A stretch of DNA of 64,000 nt from Candidatus Latescibacterota bacterium (GCA_965223905.1 CBDCXV010000010.1:1632001-1696000), one strand, 5' to 3'; counted from the first letter of the stretch, positions 1 to 10,852 are shown. The notes: generated from the letters alone by a model not told the origin. Numbers and translations are program-made.

Positions 1-996
1 GGCGATCTCTCGGAGAGCTGGCTGAAGCGCGTGTCACAGCTCGGCGTGGACTGTGTCGACGTCGACACCGACCTGCCGGGGGTGAAAGAGCAGGGCTATC
101 CGGATCTGGACGGACTTCTGCGGATCGTCAAGAAAATCAAGTCCTTTGGTCTGGATCTGAATCGGTGCACTCTGCCCGCGGTGACCGATCGGTTCATGAC
201 GGATCGGGAAGGTGGCGAAGAGGAGGCGGAGCGCGCCGTGCTGGCGCTGCGGGTATACGCCGAGGCCGGTCTTCCGATCATCAGACCAGCTCTCACAGGC
301 GACCAGTTCAATCATCTCGCGAGGTTCACCAAGTCACTGCACCGAGGCGGCTACGAGACGAGGGGACTGAGCATGAATCAGCCCCCCGGTCACGACTTCA
401 CCGACGAACGGGCGCTGCGCTTCTCGTACTGGCCGCGGGTGATGGGGTGGAGGCATCCCTCGCAGGAGCAGTTGGAGGACTGGTGGGCCCACTTCTGCCG
501 GCTCTACGAGCGGCTGGTGCCGGAGGCGGAAGAGCGCGGCGTGAAGCTGGCCATGCATCCCAGCGACATCCCGCTGCCGGATACGCCGTTCGGCGGATTG
601 GGGTTCCACCGCATCATCGACGCCTTTCCGAATTCCTGCGTCGGGTATCTTTACTGCTGCGGAACGCGCGCCGAGGCCGGCGGCATGCCGCTGGTGCTCG
701 ACGAGATTCACAACTACGGACGGAAGGGCCGCATCTTCATGGTCCACCTGCGCAATCCGCGCGGCACGTTTGGCATCGACCGTGCCTTCGAGGAGTCTCT
801 GCTCGACGACGGGGGCGGAGACATGTTTACCATTCTGCGGGCATTGAGAGACGTGGGGTTCGATGGTTGCGTGAATCCCGATCACTACTATCCGCTCGAG
901 GGGGACAGCGAATCGGAAAAAGGTCGGAGCCTGTCGTATGCCGTGGGATACATCAAGGGGCTCATCGCGGCCCTCGAGTCAGGTGGATGGAGGTGA
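1..996 (+). CDS. Mannonate dehydratase (UxuA)-like TIM-barrel protein; probably starts before the window
   Basis: KLAMHPSD, VHLRN and NPDH motifs typical of the UxuA family; frame is open from base 1. Confidence 0.75.
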   Translation, partial: GDLSESWLKRVSQLGVDCVDVDTDLPGVKEQGYPDLDGLLRIVKKIKSFGLDLNRCTLPAVTDRFMTDREGGEEEAERAVLALRVYAEAGLPIIRPALTGDQFNHLARFTKSLHRGGYETRGLSMNQPPGHDFTDERALRFSYWPRVMGWRHPSQEQLEDWWAHFCRLYERLVPEAEERGVKLAMHPSDIPLPDTPFGGLGFHRIIDAFPNSCVGYLYCCGTRAEAGGMPLVLDEIHNYGRKGRIFMVHLRNPRGTFGIDRAFEESLLDDGGGDMFTILRALRDVGFDGCVNPDHYYPLEGDSESEKGRSLSYAVGYIKGLIAALESGGWR

Positions 997-1014
997 CGAA
1001 GGTCCGCATCTCCC

Positions 1015-2121
1015 TCAAGCCTCCGGCTTCTCCACAAACGCACCGGCATCCCTCAACGCCTGCACCGCAGTATCGCGGTCCTCGAGCGGCAGCGTGACCG
1101 GCTGATTTCCTGCAAGTTGCGACTGGTAGACGGCCATGACGAGCTCCAGCGATCGGCGCCCGACTCTGCCGTCGCTGCGCAGCTGCCCATTCCCTTCCAG
1201 AGCGGCGACCAGCTCTTCCAGTGCGAGCACGTAGGTCGATTCCGGCGGCGGGTGCTCGACCTCCGCTTCCTTCAACGCGCTCCACTGAAAGCCGGAATCC
1301 GGCTCGTAGTCGTCGGGCACCGCCTGTAGAAGCCTGACTTTCTCCCAGGCCATGTGGATGGTGCCGCTGTCGCCGCGCAGCTGAAAGTCGGTATCGGTGT
1401 ATCCGGTGAGCTCGGCCGAGTGCACAGCGCCGGTGATGCCGCTCCTGAACTTCATGAAGGCGGCGGCGAAGTCCTCGACGGCCCAGGGGCGCAGGCGCTG
1501 CTCGGCCATGCCGCAGAGCCACTCGACCTCGCCGGCGAACATGTCCATCATGTCGAAGTAGTGGGTGAAGTCGTGCAGCATCGGACCCTCGTTCTCGCTG
1601 CGCCACCACGGAGCCGGTTTGCCTCCGTCCCAGTAGCAGAGGATGTGCCTGAGCTCGCCGATGGCGCCGTCTTTGACGAGCTGCAGGCCGAGGGACCATT
1701 CCGGATTCCAGCGCCGGTTGTGGTTCATCTGCAGGAGCGTGTCGGTGCGGTCGCAGGTGTCTATCATGCGGTCGCACTCGGCCAGGGTGAGGCCCATCGG
1801 CTTTTCGCAGATGATCGCCTTCACGGAGGGGAATTCGGCGCAGGTCACGACCATGTCGGAGTGAAGCTCGGGATGCGTCGCGATGATGCAGATGTCCGGC
1901 TTCACCTCATCGAGCATCTGGCGGTAGTCGTGATAGAGCGCATCGATGCCAAAGCGCTTGCCGAAGTCCTCGAGCTTCTCCCTGCCGCGATTGACGCCGG
2001 CGACGAGCTCGCAGCTGTCGACTTGCTGCACGGCCTCGGCGTGATTGTCGGGGAGATCGGCGAAGCTGAACTGGTAGCCGACGCGGCCGGTGCCGATGAG
2101 GGCGATGCGGTGTTTTGCCAT
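1015..2121 (-). CDS. Gfo/Idh/MocA family oxidoreductase
   Basis: N-terminal IALIGTG Rossmann motif, CEKP, NHNRRW; start reset to MAKHR. Confidence 0.9.
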   Translation of the reverse strand: MAKHRIALIGTGRVGYQFSFADLPDNHAEAVQQVDSCELVAGVNRGREKLEDFGKRFGIDALYHDYRQMLDEVKPDICIIATHPELHSDMVVTCAEFPSVKAIICEKPMGLTLAECDRMIDTCDRTDTLLQMNHNRRWNPEWSLGLQLVKDGAIGELRHILCYWDGGKPAPWWRSENEGPMLHDFTHYFDMMDMFAGEVEWLCGMAEQRLRPWAVEDFAAAFMKFRSGITGAVHSAELTGYTDTDFQLRGDSGTIHMAWEKVRLLQAVPDDYEPDSGFQWSALKEAEVEHPPPESTYVLALEELVAALEGNGQLRSDGRVGRRSLELVMAVYQSQLAGNQPVTLPLEDRDTAVQALRDAGAFVEKPEA

Positions 2122-2132
2122 TGCAGGTCCCT

Positions 2133-3206
2133 TCAGACGTGGTAGATGTAGAGGTCCCGATTCTCCAGCGGCAGGTCCACCCAGACGCCGCCGCGGCGAT
2201 GGCTCTCGGCTGCGGCGAAGACGGCTTCGGTGGTGCGGTGGGCCAAGTCGATGTTGTTGTACGACGGCCGTTCCGACTCGCGGGCATCGACGATGTCCTC
2301 GAGGCAGGCTGCGACCGAGCTGTTCGGCGATGGGATCCTCACCGGGCGCACTTCGTACTCGTCCCACTCGCCCGTACGCAGCATCACACCGGCACCGTTG
2401 TTGAGCGCCCGAATGCTCCCCTCAGAGCCGATGACTTCGGCCTCCATCTCCCATCCAAACGCCGGCACTGACCAGCCTTCGACACCGCTCTCGAAGCGGA
2501 TCTGGAAATTGGCAAGCGGGTCCTTGGGAAGCTGCTCGCCCACGAACTGGTCATCTGGGGGGACGAGGTCGCCGCGCACGGAGACGATCCCGGGGTCGCC
2601 GATGAGGCTGGAAATGAGATCGACGGAGTGGATGTGTCCGTGCACGAGGGTCGAGCGAGCGAAGGCGACGGCAATCTTCGGCTCGCCGATGTCGCCGGCG
2701 GCGATGGCATCCCGCACCACCTGAAAGCCGCTGTTGAAGCGCTTGAAGACGCCGGTGTTGACGACGGTGCCGTTGCCGGTGCAGACATCGCGCAGCTCGT
2801 CGGCTCTCGCCATCGAGCAGGCGATCGCCTTCTCCAGATACAGCATCGGGATTCCGGCTTCGGAGACGGCGATGCCGATGTCGGCGTGGGCGTCGCCGCG
2901 GTATTCGGGATCGGGCGCCGTGTTGACGCGCTTGGGCAAGCCACCTGACGGCACGCAGACGGCGACGAGATCGAGCTGCTCCCGCGCCAGCATGTCGGGG
3001 AAGTCCTCGAACACGGTCTCGACGCCCCACTTCTCGACGAAGGCGTCGCGTTTCTCCGGTTCGGGATCGGCTCCGGCCACGACTTCGAGCCGCTCGATTC
3101 TTCGGCACGCCGAGGCGATGGAATCGGGCACATCCGGGTGCCGGCCCTCGTCGATGGTGCTGCCCATGCGGCCGAGGCCGATGATGCCGACGCGGTAGGT
3201 CTTCAT
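2133..3206 (-). CDS. Gfo/Idh/MocA family oxidoreductase
   Basis: VGIIGLGRMG, LEKAIA; RBS GGAG before MKTY. Confidence 0.9.
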   Translation of the reverse strand: MKTYRVGIIGLGRMGSTIDEGRHPDVPDSIASACRRIERLEVVAGADPEPEKRDAFVEKWGVETVFEDFPDMLAREQLDLVAVCVPSGGLPKRVNTAPDPEYRGDAHADIGIAVSEAGIPMLYLEKAIACSMARADELRDVCTGNGTVVNTGVFKRFNSGFQVVRDAIAAGDIGEPKIAVAFARSTLVHGHIHSVDLISSLIGDPGIVSVRGDLVPPDDQFVGEQLPKDPLANFQIRFESGVEGWSVPAFGWEMEAEVIGSEGSIRALNNGAGVMLRTGEWDEYEVRPVRIPSPNSSVAACLEDIVDARESERPSYNNIDLAHRTTEAVFAAAESHRRGGVWVDLPLENRDLYIYHV

Positions 3207-3260
3207 CGTCCCTGCTCCCCAGGATGCGGGCTCGTCAGAATCCAGACAAAGGAGAATTTC

Positions 3261-4161
3261 GTGAGACGCTGTACGAGAATCAAGGAAACTACGCGCCTGA
3301 CCCACCGGAATGTGCAGGCTTTTCTGAGACGTTTCGCTAAGCAGATAGATATCGATGATCTGGAGTTTGTGCCTTCGGGTCCGTACAGCGCCAGCTTTAC
3401 ATTTTACTACCAGAGAGACAAGGTGCTCAAAGTCAACAAGGTTGGATCTCGTCCTTCACTGCTGAAGGAAACGATACTTGCGGATTACCTGAGTAAGCAA
3501 GATTTGCGAGTTTCGGTTCCCAGGCCGTTGTACGTACATCCCAAAGGGTTTTACGCGGTGTTCTCTAGAATAGACGCTGCGGAGCTGGCGCCCCAGGTGG
3601 TCATGGCCATGAGTGAGAGTCAACGAGAGTCGCTTGTCCGATCGCTTGGAGAGTTTTTTACATTTTTGCACAGCGAGGATATGCCACACGAAGTCAAGAG
3701 ACACGTCCCCCAACCGAAAGCGGACTTGAAGCTCGAACTCAAGCAGGCGCGGCGCGGCTTGGAGTGTCTCAGAGAGCATGAACCAGGTTTTGAGGTGACG
3801 AGTTTCGAAGAGCGACTTCAAGAACTGGAGGAGTGTACGGACCAGGTTTGGGCAATAACGCACAGCGACTTTTCCCTCGGTAACATTCTTGTGGATGCTT
3901 TGGACGTCGAACGCTTGTCTATCATCGACTTTACCGACGCGGAGATGGCTGACCCATCGGTCGATTTTGCGTGTCTTCAAGGAGATCTGGAAGACGAGGA
4001 ACTTGAACCTGCACCCATAATAGAAGGGGTTCTGAAACACTATGAAACAGAGGACCCAGCACTCCGAGCCAAGATTGAGTTCAGGCGGCTCGTTGGGGGA
4101 AATCATGGACCAATTCAGAAGTGTCAGGCTCGCTCTGCGACGAGCTGGTAAAGACGAATGA
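3261..4161 (+). CDS. Aminoglycoside phosphotransferase/choline kinase-like (APH) protein; probable frameshift near the 3' end
   Basis: THSDFSLGNIL (Brenner motif) and IIDF; AAGGAG before GTG 3261; lower GC than flanks; removing one G from the G-run at ~4095 gives the ending GEIMDQF...GKDE*. Confidence 0.75.
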
Positions 4162-4465
4162 GGTGCGTGCCGGCCTCGCGGTCCGGTATGCGCCGTGGTG
4201 GCTGAACGTCAACGTACTCGTTCCCGCGCGAGCGCTTCGCCGCAGCCGTGCCCCGGCCCAGGACCGGATCGGTCGCGATGACCTCGACACCAGGGCGAGT
4301 ACCGCCTAGCCCTTGGTCGCCAACCCCCGATCGGTGGGCCCCATGATACCGGGAGGTGGATTGCCTGGGCTACTCCATTTCGGCCAGTTGAGGCACGACT
4401 CGGCCAGTGACGGGCGGGGGGGGGGAAGGCGACTTCCAGAGGTGGACGTGCCGCATCGCCGGGCT

Positions 4466-6352
4466 CTATCGGGCCGGCTCGAAGTCCAGGTTCTCCGTGA
4501 TCCTCGTGCCGTCCCGGGCGAAGGCCTGCGAGTACAGCCGGATCCGTTCCTTCGCCGTGGCCAGATCGTGGTTGTTGAGGTTGATGTTCAGCAGGTCGAT
4601 GTACCAGGGCGTCTTGGTCTCCCACAGGACGTAGCTCTCGACGATCTCCCGGGCGATGGGCAGGGTCGTCCCCTTGGAGTCGTCGTGCACGTCCCGGTCT
4701 CCGGCCTGCTGCAGCTTCTCGTACTCCTCCTCCAGCAGCCGGCGGAACAGCTCCAGGCCGAAGACCTCTCCCTCCCCCGCTCCGGTCTCCTCGTCGGCCT
4801 CGGTGAGGCGGCCGCCCTTGTGGAGCCACTCCCAGAGGATGCTCAGGCGGATCTCCCCCGTGGCCATGTCCTCCATGAGGTAGAGGATGTCGTCGTCGCC
4901 GAAGAAGTCGGCCGGCTTCAGGGCCGCCGCCTGGAACCCCTGGCCGAAGGCGTTGCCGTACTGGGCGGCGACGCTGATCAGGTTGCGGGCGCCCCGGACC
5001 GTGCGCGGCGCCGGCTCCAGCAGGGTCAGGCCGTCGGCGTCCTCCTCCGTGTAGGTGAGGGGCGGGAAACGCCGCCCGAGCTGGTTCTCGGCTCCGGCCT
5101 TCTCCCACACGGGGCGGACGATGTGGACCATCTTCCAGTGGGCCACCCACTTGCCGCTGGCCCCCTCGCGCTGCTCGCGCTCGGCGCCGGCCACGGCCCT
5201 CTCCATGCTGAGGGCCACGCCCTCCTCCGATCCCACCGGGATGTTCGGCTCCATGCCGCCCTGCCAGAGGGCGAAGCCCCCCGCGCGGTCGGCGGTGTTG
5301 ACGGCCCGGCGGACGCGGTCCTCGTAGTTGCGCATGTACCCGTAGGTCATGGTGATCGCCTCGATGTCGGGGTTGACGAACCCCGGGTCCCAGGCCATGG
5401 CGTCGGAGACGCTGTTGATGTAGTCCCAACGGCCGGTGTTGAAGCCGACGAAGTGGCGGCCCAGGGCGGCGCGGATCTCCATGAGCTGGAAGGTGGCCTC
5501 GAGCTGCTCCACGAGGACGTAGACCTTGACGGCGCCCTGAGCCAGCCCGAGATGGGCCTCCAGGGCGTCGAGCATCTCCGCCCACAGGGCGGCCTCCTCC
5601 GCGGTCTGGATCTTCGGCAGGTAGAGGACGATGGAGGAGCCGGCCCGCCGCAGCTCCTTGTGGTTGTTGGCCACGTACAGACCCAGGTCGACGATCGAGG
5701 CCGACAGGGCCACCCCCGCCCCGTCCCGGGTGTGCCGGTCGTCCAGGTGCAGCCCCCGGGCGCGGAAGATCTTGGTGGTGAAGCCGAGCTGTGCCTCCCA
5801 GTCCCCGACGATCGCGCGGCCGAAGAAGCCGGAGGCCCACTCGTTCATCTCCCCCGCCACCTGCTCGGCCGCCTGCAGGAAGACGGGATCGCGGCGGATG
5901 GCCAGGGCCAGGTTCCGCTGGTTGTCCAGGGACATGGTGGTGATCTGGCCGAGGGCGTCCTCGCCGTCGAACATCCAGCCGTCGGCGCCGGAGAGCAGGG
6001 CGTAGGCCACGTTGCGGATGCTGCGCTCCACCGGGGCCCGGGGCTTGCAGGCGGGGCCGGTCCCCTGGATCCACTGGCGCCGCAGGTCGGCGGGGATCTC
6101 GGAGCCGATGAAGTCCCCCCGCCGGGCCTCGCCGACGCGGAGGGGGGTCCGGGGGATGCAGTCATCCTCCTCGAGAAAGGCGATGCGCTCCCGGTACCGG
6201 GCCCGCGCCGCCCGCCGCTCCATGCGCGCCGCCATGACCGCCTTCTGCTCCGGGTTGAAGGGAGCCAGCGCTTCGAGGGCGGCCACGGCCGCGGGGGTGT
6301 ACACGTCGGGATAGGCGCTCCGCAGACCCGCACGAATCTGGATGGAACTCAT
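4466..6352 (-). CDS. aceB: Malate synthase
   Basis: MFDGEDA, LYLPK, GFNTGRWDY, GKWVAH and LMEDMATGEI motifs. Confidence 0.9.
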   Translation of the reverse strand: MSSIQIRAGLRSAYPDVYTPAAVAALEALAPFNPEQKAVMAARMERRAARARYRERIAFLEEDDCIPRTPLRVGEARRGDFIGSEIPADLRRQWIQGTGPACKPRAPVERSIRNVAYALLSGADGWMFDGEDALGQITTMSLDNQRNLALAIRRDPVFLQAAEQVAGEMNEWASGFFGRAIVGDWEAQLGFTTKIFRARGLHLDDRHTRDGAGVALSASIVDLGLYVANNHKELRRAGSSIVLYLPKIQTAEEAALWAEMLDALEAHLGLAQGAVKVYVLVEQLEATFQLMEIRAALGRHFVGFNTGRWDYINSVSDAMAWDPGFVNPDIEAITMTYGYMRNYEDRVRRAVNTADRAGGFALWQGGMEPNIPVGSEEGVALSMERAVAGAEREQREGASGKWVAHWKMVHIVRPVWEKAGAENQLGRRFPPLTYTEEDADGLTLLEPAPRTVRGARNLISVAAQYGNAFGQGFQAAALKPADFFGDDDILYLMEDMATGEIRLSILWEWLHKGGRLTEADEETGAGEGEVFGLELFRRLLEEEYEKLQQAGDRDVHDDSKGTTLPIAREIVESYVLWETKTPWYIDLLNINLNNHDLATAKERIRLYSQAFARDGTRITENLDFEPAR

Positions 6353-6479
6353 GGATTCGAACCTATGTCGGAATGGGAAGGCGAGGGAGAGGGGGGGGCG
6401 CCGCGTCAAGATGGAAGGGGCCAGCGCTTCAGGTCAAGCTGACGGGGACGCGCCACGGCCGGGTCTCCGGCAGGTGGGA

Positions 6480-6870
6480 GCCGTCCTCTCCCTGGATCTG
6501 GCCACCAACGTCGCCGCCGGCCTCGTCGGCATCGGCGGCTCTCCGGGCGAGAGCGTCTTCGTGAAGGCGGGAGCCTCCACCGTCGAACCCGTGACGCCCG
6601 AGGACGGCAGCGGATACTTCCGGATGAACATCGACAAGGGAAACCAGTCGAACGGGGGCGAGTCGATGGTCGTCGTCGGGCACGTCGCCCACCCCGCCGT
6701 GACCGGCCAGGAGTACCGCCTGAAGTCCCTCGACAACTCCGGCCGTCCGGTCTCCGTCACGGCCGACGGCGAGGGCCGGCTGTGGCTGATCGTCGGCACC
6801 GACTCCGGGTTCGAGGGGCTGAGCGCCTTCTACTACGCCCGCATCGCCTGCACCCTCACACCCGTGGCTT
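6480..6870 (+). pseudogene. C-terminal remnant of a conserved hypothetical (exported) protein
   Basis: Protein-like stretch DLATN...GGSPGESVFVKAGA...RMNIDKGNQ...LWLIVGTDSGFEG in an otherwise spurious ORF; no credible start or own stop. Confidence 0.5.
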
Positions 6871-6953
6871 CCGCCAAGAGGTTGGGCGGGTGCATGAAAA
6901 AGCGCCCGATGCCAAGGAGACACCGGGCGCTTTGCAGAGGTCGAGGACCGCGC

Positions 6954-9689
6954 CTACTTCAGGTAGAGCAGGCGCTGAGTCTGCACCCCGCCCGGATAGT
7001 GCAGGCGCACCAGATACATCCCCGCCGACACCAACGCGCCGCGCCGGTCGCGCGCATCCCAGCGAACCTTATAGAAGCCAGCGTCCTGGTATTGATCGAC
7101 CAGCGTGCGCATGGACTGCCCGAGGAGGTTGTAGATCTCCAGGCGCACGGGGCCGTCCGCGTCCAGGCGATATGGGATGAGGGTGTTGGCGTTGAACGGG
7201 TTGGGCGCGTTGGGCGCGAGGCCCGGCGGCCCGTCCGCGACCGCCGGCTTGGACGCCGGGGCCGCCGGGGTGTCGATGTGGAACCAGCGCGAGCGTTCAC
7301 TCGTTCCGGCCCCGTTGATGGCCTTGATCCGGTAGGTGTAGCGAGTCTCCGCCGCCACCGTGTTGTCGGTGTAGGTGGTGGCGGCCGTCCTCGTGTTCGC
7401 GACCAATACACTGAACTCGCCCTTCGGGTCGACCCCGGGAATGCGCCTCAGGATCACGTAGCCGGTGATGGAGTCGTCGCCGGGATCGTCCCAGGTGAGG
7501 GTCACCGAGTTGTGCGACGCCGTGGCTTCGAGGCCCGTGGGCTTGGCCGGTGCGGAGGCTGGCGGACCGGCCACCGTCGCCGAGATCGTCTCCGACAGCG
7601 CTTGGCCGTCCGAGGCGCAGATTGCCGCCGGGGTGCCGCAGGCCGCCCCGGCCGCGAGCGTCACCGTCACGTCCGCCGGCGAGTCCGGCTCGACGGTCAA
7701 CTGCCACAGGTCCCGGCGTCGGTTCACCCGGCCGGCCGCCGTCGCCCGGCCCCCGGCCACCGCCACCACGTCCTCCCGCAACCGCCGGCCGCTCATCCTG
7801 CTGAGCGGCTCGCTGAACGCGATCCTGAGCTTGAACGCGCGCTCCCCGTCATGCGCCTCCGGCAGGTCCCGGAACTCCGCCGTCAGGTCCGCCGTCGCCG
7901 TCCCGTCCTCGGTCCCGTAGTCGACCGTCACCTCCGAGCCCGGATTCCCTTCGGAGCTCACCGTCTCGTCCTTGCCCTCGGTCGCCTCCGCGTCCTCCAC
8001 CGACAGCACCGAACTCCCTGTGGCTTGGCTCCGGGCGGTCACCGTCTTCCTCGCCGATCCCCGGCTCCCGTGGATCTCATAGAGATATCCGTACGGATGC
8101 ACATTGCTCTGCCTCACCGTGGCGGTCACTTCGCTGTCCGGCTCGTCCGCGTCGCCGTCGTCGCCGGTTTCCAGCACCAGCTCCGCCGTCGTCTGCCCGT
8201 CCGCGAACTCGACGTTCCTGAGTTCCGAATTGTGTCCCCCCTTGATCATCTCGCCGGTCTCGCTGACCGTTACCAAGACGCTCAGCCTGCCGTTGGCCTT
8301 TTCGAAGGACTCATGGCGCGACACCGTGAAGCGCACCGGTTCTCCTTCGGTCACCGAGCCGGGTACCGCTTCGATCGAGATCACTCGCCTGCTGGCCGTC
8401 GTCGCCCGGATCGAGACACTCTCGCTTGTGGGGCCCCCCCTGACCGTGCGCACCTCGAACTCATAGGTGTCCCCCCAGTACAAATCCGTCACCTCGCGGG
8501 AGTTGTAGTTTCTAATCTCGGTGTTGTTGGGCGGGGGAAGGAACTCCTCCGCAACGGTCTTCCAACCCGTCCAGGTGTCCGCGTGAGAAAGGCGGTACCG
8601 GTATTGGTAGTCGTAGCAGACCGGCCGGTTACGGGCGGACTGGGTGTCCGGAGACCACCAACCGAGGTGAATCTGGCCGGGCAACGTGGGATACGCTCTC
8701 ACGCTCACAGGCGGGGAGAGCGGGTTCGGGCAAACGTCGTCGTCCGCGAACCGCGAGTCGACATAGCCGTTCACGCCGAGTCGGTGCACGTTGCTGTCAG
8801 CGGTCCCCCAAGTTGCGTCCGAAGCGTTACCGCAGAGGGGTTGGACCATTGGACTGCACCAGTTCTCATTGGGAATGTCCCACCCCTCCGCAGAAGCCGC
8901 ATCGACGCGTACGATGGTTTCAAGAGTCTGCCAATAGGGAGCGACTTCGCCGAACCTTTTGCGTTTGTCGTAGGAGACCACGACCGCGTACGTCTTGCCT
9001 GCCAAGAGCGGTGCGCCTTCAGGCGCAGTAAAGGTCGCCGTGGTCGCTTCTGGGGTGCTCGGCGGATCTGGGATGCTCGGCGGATTCTCCAAGGTGTAGA
9101 GCTGATATCCGAGGGGCACGGGTTGACAGGGCCAAGGGCAACCAACGAAACCCACATTGGTGAACAATTCGTTGTTGACCAACTCGTAATCCCACGAATC
9201 GGAATACCAGATGCTGACGCTCAACTTCTCGATATCCGCAGCCGCAATGCCTGCACTTACAAACGGGATTTCGACTGACGTGAGCGTGTAGTTGTCTTGA
9301 TCCGGGCCGACGTGGAATGGCTGCGCGGGAGTGTCCCGATGGCTCGACAGTTCCGCTCCGCTTGCGTAGCCGTCCTCGATGTCAGGGGGGTGCCCCAGAT
9401 CGCTCACCAGCACTCGGTCCTGGGCCGCAGCCGGCGGGGCGAGCGCGCCGGAGAGCAGCAGGGCGATCGTGACGAGCAGCGCGTGCGCGAACGGATGTGG
9501 ACCGACCCGGCCGGCCGCGGATACGGCATATGTATGAGGCGAGGAACCGCCGCCCCGGCGGGGCGGCCGGCGGTCAGGCGGAGATGGCGGTCTGGGGGAA
9601 CTTGATTCGGCGTTCGGCGTTCGGCGCTCGGCGCTAGCGACTGCATCCCGTCGCACGCCGTACCCGGCTATCTCTGTTCGACCCTTCAT
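6954..9689 (-). CDS. Secreted modular surface protein: FN3, Calx-beta-like and 'PEAHDG' Ig-like modules, FN3, FlgD/T9SS-like C-terminal domain
   Basis: Hydrophobic signal ending AAAQD; FN3 motifs (LTWDDP..ITGY..YTYRIKA); C-terminal PNPFN..IYNLLGQ..WDARD..SAGMY..RLLYLK; purine-rich RBS before ATG. Confidence 0.85.
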   Translation of the reverse strand: MKGRTEIAGYGVRRDAVASAERRTPNAESSSPRPPSPPDRRPPRRGGGSSPHTYAVSAAGRVGPHPFAHALLVTIALLLSGALAPPAAAQDRVLVSDLGHPPDIEDGYASGAELSSHRDTPAQPFHVGPDQDNYTLTSVEIPFVSAGIAAADIEKLSVSIWYSDSWDYELVNNELFTNVGFVGCPWPCQPVPLGYQLYTLENPPSIPDPPSTPEATTATFTAPEGAPLLAGKTYAVVVSYDKRKRFGEVAPYWQTLETIVRVDAASAEGWDIPNENWCSPMVQPLCGNASDATWGTADSNVHRLGVNGYVDSRFADDDVCPNPLSPPVSVRAYPTLPGQIHLGWWSPDTQSARNRPVCYDYQYRYRLSHADTWTGWKTVAEEFLPPPNNTEIRNYNSREVTDLYWGDTYEFEVRTVRGGPTSESVSIRATTASRRVISIEAVPGSVTEGEPVRFTVSRHESFEKANGRLSVLVTVSETGEMIKGGHNSELRNVEFADGQTTAELVLETGDDGDADEPDSEVTATVRQSNVHPYGYLYEIHGSRGSARKTVTARSQATGSSVLSVEDAEATEGKDETVSSEGNPGSEVTVDYGTEDGTATADLTAEFRDLPEAHDGERAFKLRIAFSEPLSRMSGRRLREDVVAVAGGRATAAGRVNRRRDLWQLTVEPDSPADVTVTLAAGAACGTPAAICASDGQALSETISATVAGPPASAPAKPTGLEATASHNSVTLTWDDPGDDSITGYVILRRIPGVDPKGEFSVLVANTRTAATTYTDNTVAAETRYTYRIKAINGAGTSERSRWFHIDTPAAPASKPAVADGPPGLAPNAPNPFNANTLIPYRLDADGPVRLEIYNLLGQSMRTLVDQYQDAGFYKVRWDARDRRGALVSAGMYLVRLHYPGGVQTQRLLYLK
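9606..9633. repeat. 7-bp tandem repeat (TTCGGCG)x3 + CTCGGCG in the 5' part of the surface-protein gene
   Basis: Read directly from the sequence. Confidence 0.85.
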
Positions 9690-9796
9690 TCCTCTTCTCT
9701 CCTCGATGAATGACAGCCGGGCACGGATAGCGGACGACCCGCTGACTCGGCTGCCTGCCTAACTTCCACGTGGACCCTCCTACCGCTCCTGCTCGA

Positions 9797-9828
9797 TTGC
9801 TCCTGATAACAATAGTTATCGGGAGCAA
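9797..9828 (+). promoter_or_regulatory. lox-like recombination site L (13+6+13)
   Basis: TTGCTCCTGATAA-CAATAG-TTATCGGGAGCAA; arms are 12/13 inverted. Confidence 0.75.
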
Positions 9829-9889
9829 CCTTCTCCGGACGTATATCCTTGTCCCAAAGTCAGTTATGCCAATTATGCCCGCAGGAGAT

Positions 9890-10852
9890 GTGACCGACCT
9901 TCCCGACCCGGCCACTTCCCGGTCACAAACCGGCGAGCGCCTGACCGAGTACCTGGGGGACGCCGATGGCGCCCTCAGCGGCAACACCGTGCGGGCGCTG
10001 AAAGCGGACCTGGAACGGTTCGCGGCGTGGTGCGCCGAGCGGGGGGTCGCCCCGCTGCCCGCGCGCTCGGCCACGCTGGTGGCCTACATCGAGGCGATGG
10101 CGAGCGCGCGCGCGCCGGCCACCGTGCGCCGCTACGTGTCGAGCATCGCCGCCGTGCACAAGGCGGCCGGGGAGCCCGGCCCGCTCGATCGCGTGACCGT
10201 GCGGCGGGCCCTACAGCGCATGCACCGGCGCAAGGGGTGCCGGCAGAGGCAGGTCAAGGGGCTGACCTGGACGCTCCGCCGGCGCCTGATGGAGGCTGCC
10301 GGCGACCGGGTGATCGACGTGCGGAACCGCGCCATCCTGGCCGTGGCCTACGACGCCATGCTCCGCCGCTCCGAGCTGGTCGCGCTGCAAGTCGTTGACG
10401 TGACGATGGATAGGAGCGGCTCGGCCTCGCTCCTCGTGCGTCGAGCGAAGACCGATCCGGAGGGCGGCGGCGCGATGCTCTACCTGCACCGCGACAGCGT
10501 CAAGCTGCTCTCGGCGTGGCTGAGCGCGAGCGGCATCGCCGGCGGGCCGCTCTTCCGTTCCGTGCGCAAGGACGGCACGGTGGGCGGGAGGCTCGATGCG
10601 AGCCAGGTGCCGCGCATCTACAAGGGGATGGCCGAACGCGCCGGGCTGCCGGCGCGGATCGTTGGGCGGCTCTCCGGGCACAGTCCCCGCGTGGGCGCGG
10701 TTCAGGACATGATCGCCTCGGGGATCGGGACCCCGGCCATCATGCAGGCCGGACGCTGGAAGAGCGCCCAGATGGTGCAGCGCTACGGCGAGCGGCTGCT
10801 CGCCAAGCGGAATGGCGCCGCGCAGTTGGCACGGCTTCAGAAACGCGGATGA
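9890..10852 (+). CDS. Cre-like tyrosine recombinase
   Basis: Intact catalytic set: R (LRRSEL), K (AKTD), HxxR (SGHSPR), W (GRW), Y (VQRY); N-terminal SAM-like domain; alternative ATG at 9875. Confidence 0.92.
   Translation: MTDLPDPATSRSQTGERLTEYLGDADGALSGNTVRALKADLERFAAWCAERGVAPLPARSATLVAYIEAMASARAPATVRRYVSSIAAVHKAAGEPGPLDRVTVRRALQRMHRRKGCRQRQVKGLTWTLRRRLMEAAGDRVIDVRNRAILAVAYDAMLRRSELVALQVVDVTMDRSGSASLLVRRAKTDPEGGGAMLYLHRDSVKLLSAWLSASGIAGGPLFRSVRKDGTVGGRLDASQVPRIYKGMAERAGLPARIVGRLSGHSPRVGAVQDMIASGIGTPAIMQAGRWKSAQMVQRYGERLLAKRNGAAQLARLQKRG

Noticed and set aside
6342-9278. 978-aa plus-strand ORF and similar long ORFs (4313-6442, 11065-13446, 23647-25431, 46923-49556, 53873-55987)
   Set aside because: Antisense shadows of real genes in high-GC DNA; only 6480-6870 looks protein-like
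9890-10852. Recombinase as the integron integrase for the 35-39 kb array
   Set aside because: Cre-type motifs (GRW) with no evident IntI-specific insertion; it has its own flanking sites and lies 25 kb away
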